Origin: Eledone cirrhosa
Lineage: Eukaryota
DNA: 64,000 nucleotides
Assembly (NCBI GenBank): GCA_964016885.1
Contig: OZ024743.1
Coordinates: 28,334,001-28,398,000 of the forward strand
Direction of reading: 5' to 3'
Under the pieces are notes generated by a model that was given only the letters and a program-made list of their open reading frames with translations, was not told the DNA's origin and searched no databases. The translations under genes were made by a program, and so were the position numbers. Shown in pieces: positions 24,181 to 38,228 of this stretch (its first letter is position 1; each line of letters begins with the position of its first letter).

Positions 24181-26152
24181 GATACCCCAGTAGACAAAAT
24201 ATGATATTATGGCAAATGTTAATGATACATTCGTCTATTATATATTTTCTCAATTGTGCACGTTGATGTAACATCCTTTACATTGGCTTCTATAAACTAT
24301 TAAAGTAGACTTCAGAGTGAAGTGTCGGACAGATTTAAAGACTTCAATATAGCATAATAAACCATAGACACCTCCACCCTCTCCCCTTTTCTCTCTCACT
24401 CTCTCTCCCTCTCACCCCCTCTCTCTATCTTGCTCCCCTCACTCTCCTTCATTATCCTACTCTTGTTAGGCTAACGTCTTAATATCTTAGTCAGTAATGA
24501 CTCGCTGGAGAAATTTAATTAAAAATTAATGTTATCTAATCAGGTAAATACTTTTTTCTCAATTATGTTCTAATGTTTTACTACCTACATTTGCAGATAA
24601 GTGATATAGGAATCCTTAAATGTGTTGGATAATTTAAGAGATTATTTAGTGGTATTTAGGAAAGACATTATTTTTTAGATATTATACATTTTAAAATGTA
24701 ACTACAGTGTCTTAAAATGGTACTTGTCCGTTAAATTTTGTTGGAAACCCCCAGTATAGAGTTTATTTCTGTAACACGTTCATTCCTAAGGCTTTTACGT
24801 AGGTTATTTGTTACTGAAAATAGTATTCTGTATTACAATTTTAAAAGTTAAACTGTGGGTATTTAACAACATTTTCCTTTTGAAAATTAAGTTTGATTAA
24901 AAAAGTAAATAATAAAAAAATGTAAATGTAATCTATTTGAAGAAAAGGCAGTGGATTCTTTTTCAAGACAGTAATCAGAAAGTAATTAATGATAGAGATA
25001 ACTCCAAGTATGAACGGAATAATTACAATGATAATTTCTGCAGGTGCCGAAAGGAAACGAGATAAATTTGTTTGGATTTTTTTTATTTTTCATGAGTTAC
25101 ATATCAACAACTACATTAGGCGACGAATGTGCAGAAAAATTACAGCGTTTGATTAAATACCTCGGTATTTCTCCGGCTCATTTCACTCTGTGTTCAATTA
25201 TCACCAGGGTAAATTTGCCTTTCAATATTTTGGGGTCGAGAAAAAGAACTACCAAGAAGCGGTGGATTGACAGATTTGAAAACGAGTCATCATCTCATTC
25301 GGCTCTGTACAAACTCCGCCACATTTTTCATGGATTGTGATCATACATAGTACTAACATTAGAATAACCACAGAAACATTGTTTCCTTAGTCCGATCTGA
25401 CCATTTGCTCATTTCATTTATTATATTACAGCTAAAAAGAACTGCACACACAAAAACAAATCATATAGGGTTACTCATAACTTATTTAAGGCTTCCCATG
25501 AGTGAAGATGCACAAAAATAATATACTACATTACACAGAAATTAAATTACCATGCACATAGAAATGGGGATTACAACGAGCACAATTCAAGCAACATTGC
25601 ACAGAAATTATGAACGTCAGATGCATATTAGCATAGATTGTACCTTCTGTTATGCTGAACTTAATAATGTTCGCTATTGATTGCGACTTGCAGAGTAAAT
25701 CTTGGCATAATGAAGGTGCGTGTTTGATGAGTTGAGTATTAATCAGATGGGGGTAGATGCAGTGCATAATCTAACAACTAATGCAAAACGTTGCGTTGAT
25801 TGCAGCATAGTACTTAATGTCATGGTTCTCCATACAGATATAAATATATCGCCTTTGTACGGATTTGATTTTTAATACCTTCATATTTTATTTATTTCGG
25901 ACGTAAATGCGTGGTTTTTATCACACCAGAATAAATTGAGATTACACACCAATGCACGCACACTAACACATACACACACAAGCATGCACGTCCAAAACAT
26001 ATACACACAGGCATGCATAAAAGCACATACACGTACACGTATGCATACATACACAAATTTACGTAACCTTTCGATATAATCAGTAAGGAGAATATTAGAA
26101 TTTCATTCTGCCACATAATAACACGGCCACCTATACTTTTTAAATAGACCAG

Positions 26153-26205
<53 letters not shown>

Positions 26206-26575
26206 ACACACACACATACACACACACATACACGATTACTCATTCAAATTCATTCTCTTCAACTTCAGTTTTGTCATTACCAGTCCCAATTTAGTCATCG
26301 TCAATTTCAATTTCGTCGTCACTGGAGGATGGAGCGAATTGTTTTATTATTATTATGAGGAATGGGACATTGGCGTCAGTAATTACTTGTCTTAGAATTG
26401 TAAAATAATGTAAGGGATATTTTAAGAGAGATCAGCAATACCTTTCTCGTGTGGCATATAGTCGAATATATATTCGAATATATATATATATATATAAAAG
26501 CAATGAGTTATTCAAATAGAACTCACAACATTAAGTTCTTGTCTGAATATGTCATTATCTGTAAACCAATTTTTG

Positions 26576-26636
26576 TATTTTATCTGATGAGAGCGTACCA
26601 AAATTTTGGCACCCTTGAAATACATATAATAAAATA
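26576..26636 (+). ncRNA. Type I hammerhead motif (family E copy 1)
   Basis: TATTTTAT-CTGATGA-stem II (gagcgtacc/ggcaccctt, imperfect)-GAA-ATA-CA-TAT-A-ATAAAATA; 8-bp stem I. Confidence 0.75.
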
Positions 26637-26679
26637 AATATGGTTTTATAAAGATAGCTTCCATTTAATAATATTATTT

Positions 26680-26714
<35 letters not shown>

Positions 26715-26842
26715 GAGAGAGAGTGAGAGATAATGTGTGTGTGTATATATACATACATATATATACATATATATATATACATATGCATATGTATATAAAT
26801 ATATTCACACACACACCCACACACACATATATATATATATAG

Positions 26843-27074
26843 AAACGAGCAGGACCCCGACGGCTGGGCTCAAGCCGTTTCGACGGCTAATTCTGGACTA
26901 AAAAGAAAAAAAAAAAATGTTCTTTTTTTTTTTTAAATCCAGAATTAGCCGTCGAAACGGCTTGAGCTCAGCCGTCGGGGTCCTACTCGTTCCTATTACC
27001 CACTCTACTACCCTAAGTATTGAGTACTTTGGTGCGTTATGGTCCACCTGGTTCCTTACCACATTTCATTCGTT
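26843..27074 (+). mobile_element. Fold-back Penelope-like end, family A copy 1
   Basis: Arms 26844-26897 and 26938-26991 with an A/T-run spacer; ~83-nt unpaired tail; (TA)n on both sides; four copies in the window. Confidence 0.75.
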
Positions 27075-27329
27075 ATATATATATATATATATATATAAGT
27101 TTACGATTCTGTGTGACCGCCTAAAACTAGCAAACTGCCGGACCAAACTCCTAAAAATTACATGTATATATTCACTATACACTCGGTCAGGTAACGGTCG
27201 AAAAAGTTTAACTTTGCACAGCAAGAAATTCATTTATATTCAATTTATCTTATTTTCTAATGAATATCAAAAGAGATCATCCATTTTGTTTTTTTATGTT
27301 CTCCAGTCTATAGATAAGATAGTGAAGGA

Positions 27330-27575
27330 TGGGAAGAGAGAGAGTAAGGAATCAGAGAGAAAGAGAGAGAGTGGCAGATGGGAGAGAGAGTAAAGCGATG
27401 AGAGAGAAAGAGAGAGAATGAGTGGAAGAGAGAGTAAGGGGATGTGAGAGAGAAAGAAAGAGAGTAAGGGATGAGAGATAGAGTGGGAGATGGGTGAGAG
27501 AGAGTAAGGGGATGTGAGAGAGAAAGAAAAAGAGTAAGGGGATGAGAGAGAAAGACGATGAAAGCGAGAGAGAGG
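27330..27575. repeat. Purine-rich (GA) minisatellite
   Basis: Repeated gagagtaaggggatgtgagagagaaagaaa units. Confidence 0.8.
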
Positions 27576-27649
27576 GAAAGTAACCATCGTTCTTAACTTT
27601 TATTTATTTATTACTTTTACACACTTTTTAACTCTCCCGCTTCCTTAAC

Positions 27650-27760
27650 GTTAAATCCCGCCGAGGTTGACTTTGCCTTTCATCCTAACAGGGTCGATAA
27701 AATAAAGTACAGTAATGCACTGGTGATTGCTGGCCTTGTGCCTAAAGTAGAAACAGTTAT
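27650..27760 (+). mobile_element. SINE S1, 3' part
   Basis: Core and tail present. Confidence 0.8.
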
Positions 27761-29749
27761 TTATCTTGTGGTATGATGTTTGTGTGTGAAAAAAAAAAAG
27801 AGATATATAGACAGAAAGATCAGATTTATGTATAACTATTGCTATTTTCTTAGAGGCGCTGAAAAACGTTTACTGTTGCTCCCGTCTCTTTATGACTAAC
27901 TCGTAATAGATGAGTCGTATGAAATACTTCAACAAAGACTTAATGTGTCTTTCAAGATGTGTTCACCCTCTACTTCGCTTCACATGACTTGTATTGGTTC
28001 CACAAAAATGTCGGCGTTTCAAATTACATCAGCGATTGTATGCTTTGTTAATAGCGAATGCACTGAAGTGTTTGCTGTTCTAGTCGATCAACCAATAATC
28101 ATCTACCAAAGACTAATAACTCTTTTTTTTTTATTCGAACAAAGTAAAATCGTCTTTAGTTTCAGTAGTTTATAGTGCTAGGTTCAAATTGATCATTGAT
28201 TTTAGGCAGACGACAGATGGGGTACATCCAGACTGACATATTAGTTACCCTAGATCAAACTCTACTATAGTTACTTAAGATATTATCAGGCAAACAAACA
28301 ACTGTTCTGCTAGTTTAAGATTCTGTACTATTATTCGAACTGACTTGGCACCGGAAACGCGTTATACTTTTCATTAATATAGTTAAACAGTGTAGAATCA
28401 AAATTATGTTTGTTTTTCATGCCAGAGTAAGTTTGAAATGTCTCAGCCGAGCAAGTATATCTTTCTGGGATATTCAGGATATATTCTCTATTGCTCATTA
28501 AAGGCAGTGAATCACAAAACTCAATCGGTTTTAGGTCTATCGTTCATGATTACGACTTCATGAAATTCGTCAAAGAAATGTCAATCAATCTCTGGTTGAA
28601 TACAGTAATTCAAGCTAACACCCGGCAGCTTTACAATCAATGTATAGAATCATTAGACAAGAGGATGATGCTCCATTAATATATATACTTGACCATTTAA
28701 TTTCTGCCGGACGTAGCTGTAATAGATTCTATATAAAGCATAGCATGCATACATCCGCTTCCTGATCACATTTGAAACCATTTACTATTTTAACTTGACC
28801 ACAAGCAAACAGTAGCGAGAAAATCCATTTTTAATTGAGATCATATAGCGATTAGCTTCGTAATACATTAATGGATGATTTACCTGTAATTATGAAATAA
28901 TTAAATTCTTTCCTACTTAGTAGTTAACTTATTTTCAATAATCAAGCTTATGATCTTTATTAATTCCATCGATATGATTAGCAGTCTAGAACTTATGAAG
29001 TAGGTTTTATTTCTGACCACTCATACAGCTGGTGTAGCGTCAGTTCAAGCGATTACCTTTATTAAACTGATTATTATATATTAATGCCTACAGAGTTATA
29101 AAATGTTTTACGTAAATCATGTGCAGTCATGCAATCACAGCAAAGCCAATATAGAAAAGTATAGAAAATCGATAACTGAAACTCACAAGTGATTGAAACG
29201 AAAAGGAAAATAATTGGGTTCTTATATTTAATAGGAAACTAGAGGTGCGATTCATGTGGTATCAAAGAGCATTAGTAGTTACATGAATTACATGAAATGG
29301 CTTTGACAGAGAAATGAAGAGATATCGGATTCTAGGAGTTTACCTCTTGCCCTGTGCTACTCACAACAGTGTGTATATATTTTCGATATTCTATTGAGCA
29401 GATCTTTAAACAAAAATATTCCAGCTATGACCATCCCGTTCTTATTATTACTATTTTGCATCTAGAAATATGTTATCGAATGTTTTCTCCTTTATTAAAG
29501 GCGGAGCAATTTGAAGGACAGTTGGCTGCTATTTCTGGTAGTTTGGGTGATTCCCAAGAGGCTCTATTGTTGGCTCCTCTGTCTATATTAACAGTAAAAA
29601 TATGTAGTCGATTATCGTATAAGCGGCTGATGGTGATGACGATGGTGATTATGATGTTTTTGTGTAGTAAACTTATGACTAAAGCTATTACAGCCGTGGT
29701 GATAGTCAAGTTGTATGCATGTGTGTCAGACTTCATTATATATATTATA

Positions 29750-29868
29750 TTCTGAGTTCAAATCCCGCTGAGGTTAACTTTGCCTTTCATCCTTACGGGG
29801 TCGATAAAATAAAGTACCCGTAATGCACTGGGTAATTTGCTGGCCTTGTGCCAAAAGTAGAAACAATT
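29750..29868 (+). mobile_element. SINE S1, 3' part
   Basis: B-box, core and tail present. Confidence 0.85.
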
Positions 29869-31199
29869 ATATAATTTATATAATACAGTTTTCCTTATTT
29901 GAAACGATGGTGTGCTATTTCTTCTTCTTCTTCTTCTTCTTCTTCTTCTTCTTCTTCTTCTTCTTCTTCTATATTTTACAACCCCTTCTTCATAATCATG
30001 TTTTCAGGAAAACAATTAAAATGTCTAATGAGATGTGATCTATTCAGTAAAATTGTCTAATTGTTTCTAATTTTTAAACGCCGTAAATTAAGTGGTTTGT
30101 TGCAGATGAATACTGATTTCATATTTAACACTTTACGGCATTGTTTCTCTTCAATTTTTCAGTAATTTTATAGGCAAAATGTTTAGATTTGTGGGTGTGT
30201 TTTACGAAAACCACTGCTTTATCGATGTTTGAATTGTTTAAAAAAAATGCAAACTTAATATATTTACATTCTCACTTTACAAATTCTATTTCTATAATTA
30301 TAATTATTATTATTATTATAAGGAGACTTTGCATGATATGATATAATAACTGTCATCACATTTTTGTCAAATTAAAAAGAGATACTTCCATTAAGCGTGT
30401 CGGATTTTAAATCAAAATGAAGAAGGGTCTGAAAGAATTGATGATGTACTGTTGCTCAAAGACGTTTAAAAGAAGCTGGTAATTACGGTTTCTGCGGACC
30501 GACTAAATGATCCTATTGAATTATTGGACACTGCCCATTTCTCATGATATTTTGTTAATTAGGTCTTTACAGATTACATTCTAAACTAATTTGGTTATTT
30601 GTGTCCAGTATGTTATCTGAAACGTCTATCATGTCAAGATAACGAGGGAAACTTCTACGTGGTTGATCAAGCCATGTAAACGAAGTAGGAGTCACTGAGA
30701 AGTGTACGCCCTAATATACAAAAATACATGGCTTGAAAACCTTTAAACACAGGTCTGTTCAATCAGGTTTGACCAGGAGCTAAACAAAAATAATTGAATG
30801 AAGTGGAGTAAAACTGTTCCAAACAAGAAATAAAAATACTCACTGTTTCGGCTTTTATGAAACTCAAATGGTACAATACAAGAAAATTAAGTTACCAGTT
30901 TCCAGAATTTAATTAGGAAAAATATAAAACATAAAATCAATGGAAACTTATAGTCGTATGTTTATATTATCAAATGTACCAAAAAATAACAAGAAGCCTC
31001 AGCTATGCCATTCGACCTCCTAGCAGTAGCAGTCAAATTTCCCAGAATCAACCTTAAAAATATATTGGGTTAGATAAAATGTTCCCGCTGTGTTACAAAA
31101 GGGGGTACTTTGGCAGAGTTTTCTGGAAATTTTGAAGACTGTGCATGCGCACATATATAATAAGTGACGTTGGTATGCACTATGTGCATTTCACATTTT

Positions 31200-31535
31200 C
31201 TGTCATGCCATCAAATGTGAAGCAACATCGATCCATCCAAATCGTTTATGGCTGTTTACTTTATTTCATCAAATCTGTCCTAAGCGCGGCATTGAGCCGT
31301 TGCTTTAACAATGCATTTGGGTGGCAATTCTTGTCTGAACGCAGTCCAGAGACTAGTTCACACTCTTCCGTTTGCGGTGATTACAGCCTTGAAGATCGAC
31401 CTCACGCAGGACGTCCATCTGAATTCAATGTCGTGTAACTGCGTCAGCTGGTGGAAGTCGACCGATACCAAACATCACGGTAACTTTCCAGAGTACTTGG
31501 AGCATTGAAAACAACCATCGTAAATCACTTGTGTG
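31200..31535 (+). pseudogene. Mariner transposase N-terminal (HTH) relic
   Basis: CGDYSLEDRPHAGRPSEF matches the mariner GDFSLED.PRSGRP motif; frameshifted. Confidence 0.75.
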
Positions 31536-32088
31536 TGCATATTTCAAGCAGATGAGTGAACTGTTGAACACAACCAGACATAATCTAAATAGCTCATCGA
31601 TCCTGCTATTGCCGGTCATAATTCTCAGCCAATGAGATTAGATTCAATGCTCTGTAGTCGTGCTTGATTGCGCAGCAATTATTTGTCCCTTTGGAAGGAT
31701 ATATACATGTTTAACATACATGCATGTGTACGTTTGTTAACGTGTTTGTTTCTGTGTTGCTGCTAGGTGTACAGAAGAAGTAAACAACATCAATACAACA
31801 CAACAGGAAATTAGATATAGTTGTATCCACTGCAAATACTAGATTCCAACAGCTAAATCTCCTTTAAATTATACCTTACTTTCTCGTAAATGTAGGGACA
31901 CGTAGGAAAATATAATCTTGTCAATGTTTATATTGACAAAGGTGGAAAGGTCATTTCTGGAGTGCCTTTCATCATAGGTTTGTTCAGAAAAAAGTGACTT
32001 GATATTTTTTTATTTTTTGTCCGGTAAATATCTCTATAACATGGAATTTTAACTCAGATTTTATGAATCTCTTACAAATACATGCTAA

Positions 32089-32639
32089 TCTATATATATA
32101 AAGTTGTAGTTTCTGTCTGTTTGTTTGGTGATAGACCCCCATAACCTTATATATATTCTGAAACTACATTGCCCAGGGTACTTGGATAAGTATATTTCAT
32201 TTTAATCAAATGAAGATTTTTTCCCTTCGATTTATATGAAATTTAAACTATAGGTAAATGACAAGATATGATGCCTATTCACAAACATTTCAGCAAATTT
32301 CAATCATATTAAGACACTCTAATGGTGGTTAAACCCCCTATAGGGAAAATGTTGGAAGTCCATAACTTGAGTATTGGAACCTTTATTATCACGGGGTTTT
32401 GCTATTAATTAAACGTAAATCAACAAAAAAGCACCTATCTTTTATAGTAAAATTTGGCTAATTTAGAAATTTTATCTATGGCAAACTATGACAAAAAAAA
32501 TTTATTAGTTGATGCCTCTACTTTTTAACATTTTCCCTTTATTTTTTCTCCATAAATTATATCACTGATTTAAAATCAATCATCATTTTCTTACAAAAAA
32601 ATTGTGTGAAACACAGCAAGGCACGAGTAATTCGGCTCG
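32089..32639 (+). mobile_element. Non-autonomous Helitron
   Basis: Starts A|TCTATATATATAAAG..ctgtctgtttgttt; ends gcaaggcacgagtaattcggCTCG|T (CTAG variant) after a subterminal hairpin remnant. Confidence 0.6.
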
Positions 32640-32702
32640 TGTTTAATAAAATCGGTTTGTACCCGCGAGAGTGTTTTAAACATTTGGATATTTTGAAATA
32701 AA

Positions 32703-32892
32703 ATAATTGCTTCTACTTTTGGCAGAAGGCCAATTACCCCAGTACACTACTGGTACTTTAGTTTATCGACCCCGTAAGGATGAAAGGCAAAGTTAACTTC
32801 GGCGGGATTTGAACTCAGATCATAAAGGGTCGTAACTCTATGCTGCAAAGCATAATGTCTTATGTTCTACCGATACTGCCAATCCACCGCCC
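32703..32892 (-). mobile_element. SINE S1
   Basis: Reverse-complement match including B-box and core. Confidence 0.85.
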
Positions 32893-34321
32893 TCAACTAG
32901 ACAGATGAGTGAACCGTTGATAAAATAATACGACCCTACATTCTAACAGCTAATGTTTGTTCCTTTACCGACTTCAAATGGGGATGATTTCTTTTTTTTT
33001 AGGAAAGGCGGTCGACGTAACGTTTGATATTTTATCCTCAAAAACACTTTCTACAGATTGCATATCATAGAATAAACACATACACAAGAGCTAGCTAAAG
33101 TTAGTACTATAAGGTAGAGAAAGGGTTAAGTAATCATATTGATGGCCTCCCCACAGCCCCTGCGGACAGAATGGAGAAGGCGTTTCCCCGGACGATGGTA
33201 AGGGAGACGCGCTACAAATATCAAAAGGAACAGTGGTGTGTTGATATAAATACATTAACACAGATATAGAGAAGAATTGGTACATAGGGAATGATGCGAA
33301 TATAAAAAATAAAACAAATATATATCTACAGACAAAATTATTATACAATTCAAATGATAGTAAATATGTCATTTAAAATAATAATTATTATTCTAGATAT
33401 ATTTGAGAAAACCACCGGCACTTGCCAACCACGTATGACTACTTACTTGTTTTTCTCTGTTTTTCCATGCAAAATTTTTTCTTGCTCTATTTCTCGTATG
33501 TATGACACGTTTTTATCACACTATGTCTTTACTCTAAGCTGCTTTATCTAAATATCTCGTCTCCAGTTAATTGTTTAGCATTGTATTTGTCATTATGGAA
33601 TTCTAGTATTTACAGGCTTCGTTTTGACCAAATGTAAAAAGGAATTAATTCAGGCGTGTTAAAACGCAGTAATGCGAAATTCGTAGAAGATATGATTACA
33701 TATCTTTTATGTATATATACAATTTATATCGACCAGATTTCTGAATAAGAGATTGGTCCTCCCTAGGCTGTGACAGAAGAGAGTTAACCGAGCTATCTTC
33801 TTAACGACACTGTCAATTTTTCAACTATACAAACACACTTATGCACATGCATAGACACACACAAACATACACTATATATATATAGTCACCCCCAATGTAG
33901 ATACCTATAATAATCGTAGACCGTTATAAATGACACTTTATAGAAATAACAGCTAAATCACACTCTATGGTTTTAATTAGCCTCTAAATAACAAGATATA
34001 TAAGATATACACTTAAATTGACTCATAAAAGAAACACCATACATGCAGTTGCTTGACTGGAATGTTTTCATCAGACATTGCGGCTATGACCACATGGTCG
34101 TTATAAGTGTATATTTAGGATTACATTATTCGGTGTCTATTTTAGTCAATAGACTCTGATTTGGTTGTTATTTCTAACAGCATCAGGGACCTATAAAATT
34201 CCATTTTCAAATGAAAACAAAATGTATTAACATCTGTATTCAGTCCATCTACTAGAACCAACAGCCAAATATATGTACATACACACATGCATACATACAT
34301 ACACACATGCATCATACATAC

Positions 34322-34674
34322 ATGATGGCTGCCCCCTTGTTATCGAGTATAGCCATTGCACGATATACTATTATTAATAATTATTAATTAATTCTATCGT
34401 GAAATGCCTGTGCGTGAAGATATTTTTTTAAAGTGAGGAAAGACTGTGCACTGAGCCAATCCCAGCCTCTGAGCGACAGTAGCTATAACCCGAAAAGAAG
34501 AAAAGATCAACATCATCGGTAACTACTGAACCGCAGGTTTTATATAGGAGTTATACCAGTTCCCTGAGTTGCCTTCTCCTAGACGAATGTCCTGACAAAG
34601 GATAGGGGTCCTTCACTCCCAGTGGTTTAACCACGCGATCGGGTGTCCAGACCGACTATTTCTATGTCCCCGCG
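34322..34674 (-). mobile_element. Second copy of the 9290-9640 repeat
   Basis: Reverse-complement match over the whole length; (CATA)n flanks. Confidence 0.7.
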
Positions 34675-35423
34675 CATAAACACACACATTCACCCATACA
34701 TACTAGCATACATACATACATACATGGATGCATACATACATGCATACATACTTAAAAATTTACTGAAGGGTACTTGGCGTGAAAAACGCAGACCATTGAG
34801 GTAATAAAACACCCTAAAAGCCTGGCATAGAGGTTCAACAAGTTTGTAACATCCCACTTTGGAGATGCCTCCATGCAACCCAGAAAGAAGAAATCGTCAC
34901 CAGGTACCAAGTGCCTGCATTTGTATATTTCTGTATCACTAGTTTTTTTTTCTCTAAATATAGTTTTTTCAAGGAATCCCCATTCTTTAAATCCATCAGC
35001 CAATGACCTCCACCCATTCCAATTACCACCTTCCCCTACCAACAGAAAATGTATAAATACGACCTTATCACACTGACAGTCGGCTTTCCTGATGATTTCC
35101 TTCGAATGAAACAGTTCTAGTCCTGTAGAAGCCATTTCTGTATTATATATATATTCAGTCTATTCAGTCCCATGCCGCTGTTCATTATTACATTTGGAAG
35201 TGCTCAACATTTCAGGAGCATTATTTATTCAGGTTTGAAGGTTCACCACTGGATAGAGCTGGTCAATTCCGTATGGTCAATCGTAATGTAATAATATGGA
35301 GAGTACTCAACGTAAAGCCGTTCAACCGTCTTCGTTTTTGTAGTTGGTGGTGCTATTACGGAGTTAAATATTATAATAAAATGACAGGCGACTGGACTTG
35401 TGTAAATCCTTGAAAGGTTTATT

Positions 35424-35481
35424 ATACTATGATTATTTCAATGACCGGGTTCCGTATGAATCCGGTGATATCATCAGGTAT
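35424..35481 (-). ncRNA. Type I hammerhead motif (family B), one stem III substitution
   Basis: Minus strand reads ATAC-CTGATGA...GAAA-TAATCA-TA-GTAT. Confidence 0.7.
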
Positions 35482-37878
35482 TCGAAATATAATAAATGAA
35501 TGTAACAGATGAAATCCATGGGGCTGAAAATCAAAGACCGTAGGACGACCGACTATCTAGAATCTTCCACTTTAGCCGGTCGCCCTCAAGTGCTGGCTAT
35601 TCGGTCTACTGAGGCTATCTGGTGAGTGGCCTAAAGCTTATAGTGTGCTACTACCCTCCCGGTCAAATAGAAGAAAAACAGAAAAGGAGAGGAAGATAAG
35701 TTAGCGTTAATATAATGCTACAAGAAAAAAGACAGAAGGAAGGGGGAAGAAAAGGAAGAAGAAGAAAAGTCAGTGTTAATGTCGAGCTACAAGAAGAAAG
35801 ACAGAGAGAAAGAGGAAGAAAAGCTACAGTCAGGCCAGGAATGGCGCGAAAAAAATGTTTAAAGGACCCGTATCTTAGCAGAGGTAAATATAGTGGGGGT
35901 CTGCATGTTATAATGTGTGAGCAGAAGATTGGAACGTTAAATTTTTGTTTAGATTTATAGGATGAAGTTACAAAAATTTAATATTTAATATTAACATTAT
36001 AAAATTAAAGAAATTAGAAAATTGAAAATTAAACAGTTTAACATTTTTAAGGTTTTGGTTGCGAGGTTTAAGTAAAGAAAGAGTCTTTTATGAAGAAACT
36101 TAAATTGTATTATAGAGTAAAGATTATGTCTTTGTTTAGCAGTCGAACAGCATGCGGCGACTGCAGGCTCCGGCCAGCCCATTCTAACCGCGTGTCGGCT
36201 ATTCCGAGTGAGATCGCCTAGCGAAAGATATGGAAATCAATTTTTCCAAGCACTCCAGGAATGTATAACAGGCTTCAGGTGCGCCAGTGGAAAGTCATCC
36301 CTCATCGTTAAGCCATCCTTGTACCAAACCAGTACTATTAATTTACCCAGGAGGGGGATTTGTTTAAGTAGAGAGAGGCGTGATACATCTAATAGTTATG
36401 ATTAGGTCTATAATTTAAAGGTACTATATGGCGGTCAAAAACCGGCTGCGCGCCGGGCCCCTGGGGCGAATCCATCCGCTCCGAGTAGTTTCATTTACCG
36501 AAAGAAGGGGAAATTTACTTTTCCAAGCACTCAAGGTAGGCCTATGCGCCAGGAGGCCGGTCTCGCAGCCAGGAAAACCAACCCAACAGTCCGACAGAAA
36601 ATTGGAACGTTAAATTATTGTTTAGATTTATAGGATGAAGTTAAAAAAATTAAAGATTAACATTATAAAATTAAAGAGTTAGAAAATTGAAAATTAAATA
36701 GTTTAAAACTTTTTTTAATGTTTTGGGTTGCGAGGGAGTCTTTTATGAAGAAACTTTAATTGTATTATAGAGATCCTTTATAAGTTATCCTAGTGGGATG
36801 TAGAGTAAAGGATATGTCCTTGTTTAGCAGTCAGACAGCACGTGGCGACTGCAGACCCCGGCCAGCCCATCCTAATCACATGTCAGCCATTCCGAGTGAG
36901 ATCGCCTAGCGAAAGATATGGAAATCAATTATTCCAAGAACTCAAGGAATGTATTCCAGGCTTCGGGTGTGCTAGTGGGGAGTCATCCATCGTCGTAATT
37001 CCGTCGTTATGCCAAACGAGTACTATTAATTTATACAGGAGATTCCGAGTACTAGGTATTTTTGTTCTCAGGGGGAGACATTCTAGTGTCGTGTGCTAAT
37101 GGGTACAAGTGAGTAAAAGTCCCAATAAGAGGAGTAGAAAAACATGGATATATAGAAGTAGAATACGTGGAAAAAGCACATTAATAAAGCAAAGGTAGAA
37201 ATATATAAATAAACAAACAAGAGTGGTGGTGGAGTAAATGGAGAAATCAAAACACAGGAGAAATACAATATATTTCAAGTTGCAGTCAGATAATGCATAT
37301 AGATACGGAAATGGAATCAGTGTATGTTCGAGTCTAAGAATTCAGTGTGAGTTACACAGGCCCTGAAGTATAGGGTAGAGAATGTAGTCAATACAGTACA
37401 GTACAATACAGGTTATGGTATAATCAGTAGAATTTTGTCGAAGTCTAAATATTCCGAGATGGAAGTAGCATTGGGCTAGGTGGGCGGTAGATAAAGCTCA
37501 GAGTAGCCAAAATCGGAATGATGGTTCGATCTATTCAGTCGCATGCCGCTGTTCATTATTACATTTGAAAGTGCTCAGCATTAACGCTTACTTTTCTTCT
37601 TCTTCCTTTTCTTCTCCCTTCTTTCTATCTTTTTTCTTGTAGCATGATATTAACGCTAACTTATCTTCCTCTCCCTTTCTGTTTTTCTTCTATTTGACTA
37701 GGAGGGTAGTAGCACACTATAAGCTTTAGCCCCTCACCAGATAGCCTCAAGTAGACCGAATAGCCAGCACTTGAGGGCGACCGGCTAAAATGGAAGATGA
37801 TAGATGGTCGGTCGTCCTCCGGTCTTTGATTTTCAGCCCCATGGATTTTATCGATTACATTCATTTATTATATTTCGA

Positions 37879-37935
37879 ATACCTGATGATATCACCGATT
37901 CATACGGAATCCGGTCATTGAAATGATCATAGTAT
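37879..37935 (+). ncRNA. Type I hammerhead ribozyme motif (family B, inverted arm)
   Basis: Same intact core as 43994-44051. Confidence 0.8.
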
Positions 37936-38117
37936 AATAAACCTTTCAAGGATTTACACAAGTCCAGCCTCCTGTCATTTTATTATATTATATATATATA
38001 TATATAGTAATAATAAATTTGAAGACTAAAATCCAAAGGGGGCTCGATATGGATAAATATATATCAAATATATAAGAACCGTAGAGCAATATATATATAT
38101 ATTTATATAGAGAGAGA

Positions 38118-38228
<111 letters not shown>

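Larger units (their letters stand above)
35154..37987 (-). mobile_element. Long non-coding family-B element with an inverted 5' arm and internal duplications
   Basis: Inverted arms 35372-35781 and 37579-37987. Tail 35228-35371 matches 44098-44245. Direct repeat 35159-35211 / 37530-37582. Internal duplication 35929-36345 / 36602-37033. TA tracts at both ends. Confidence 0.75.
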
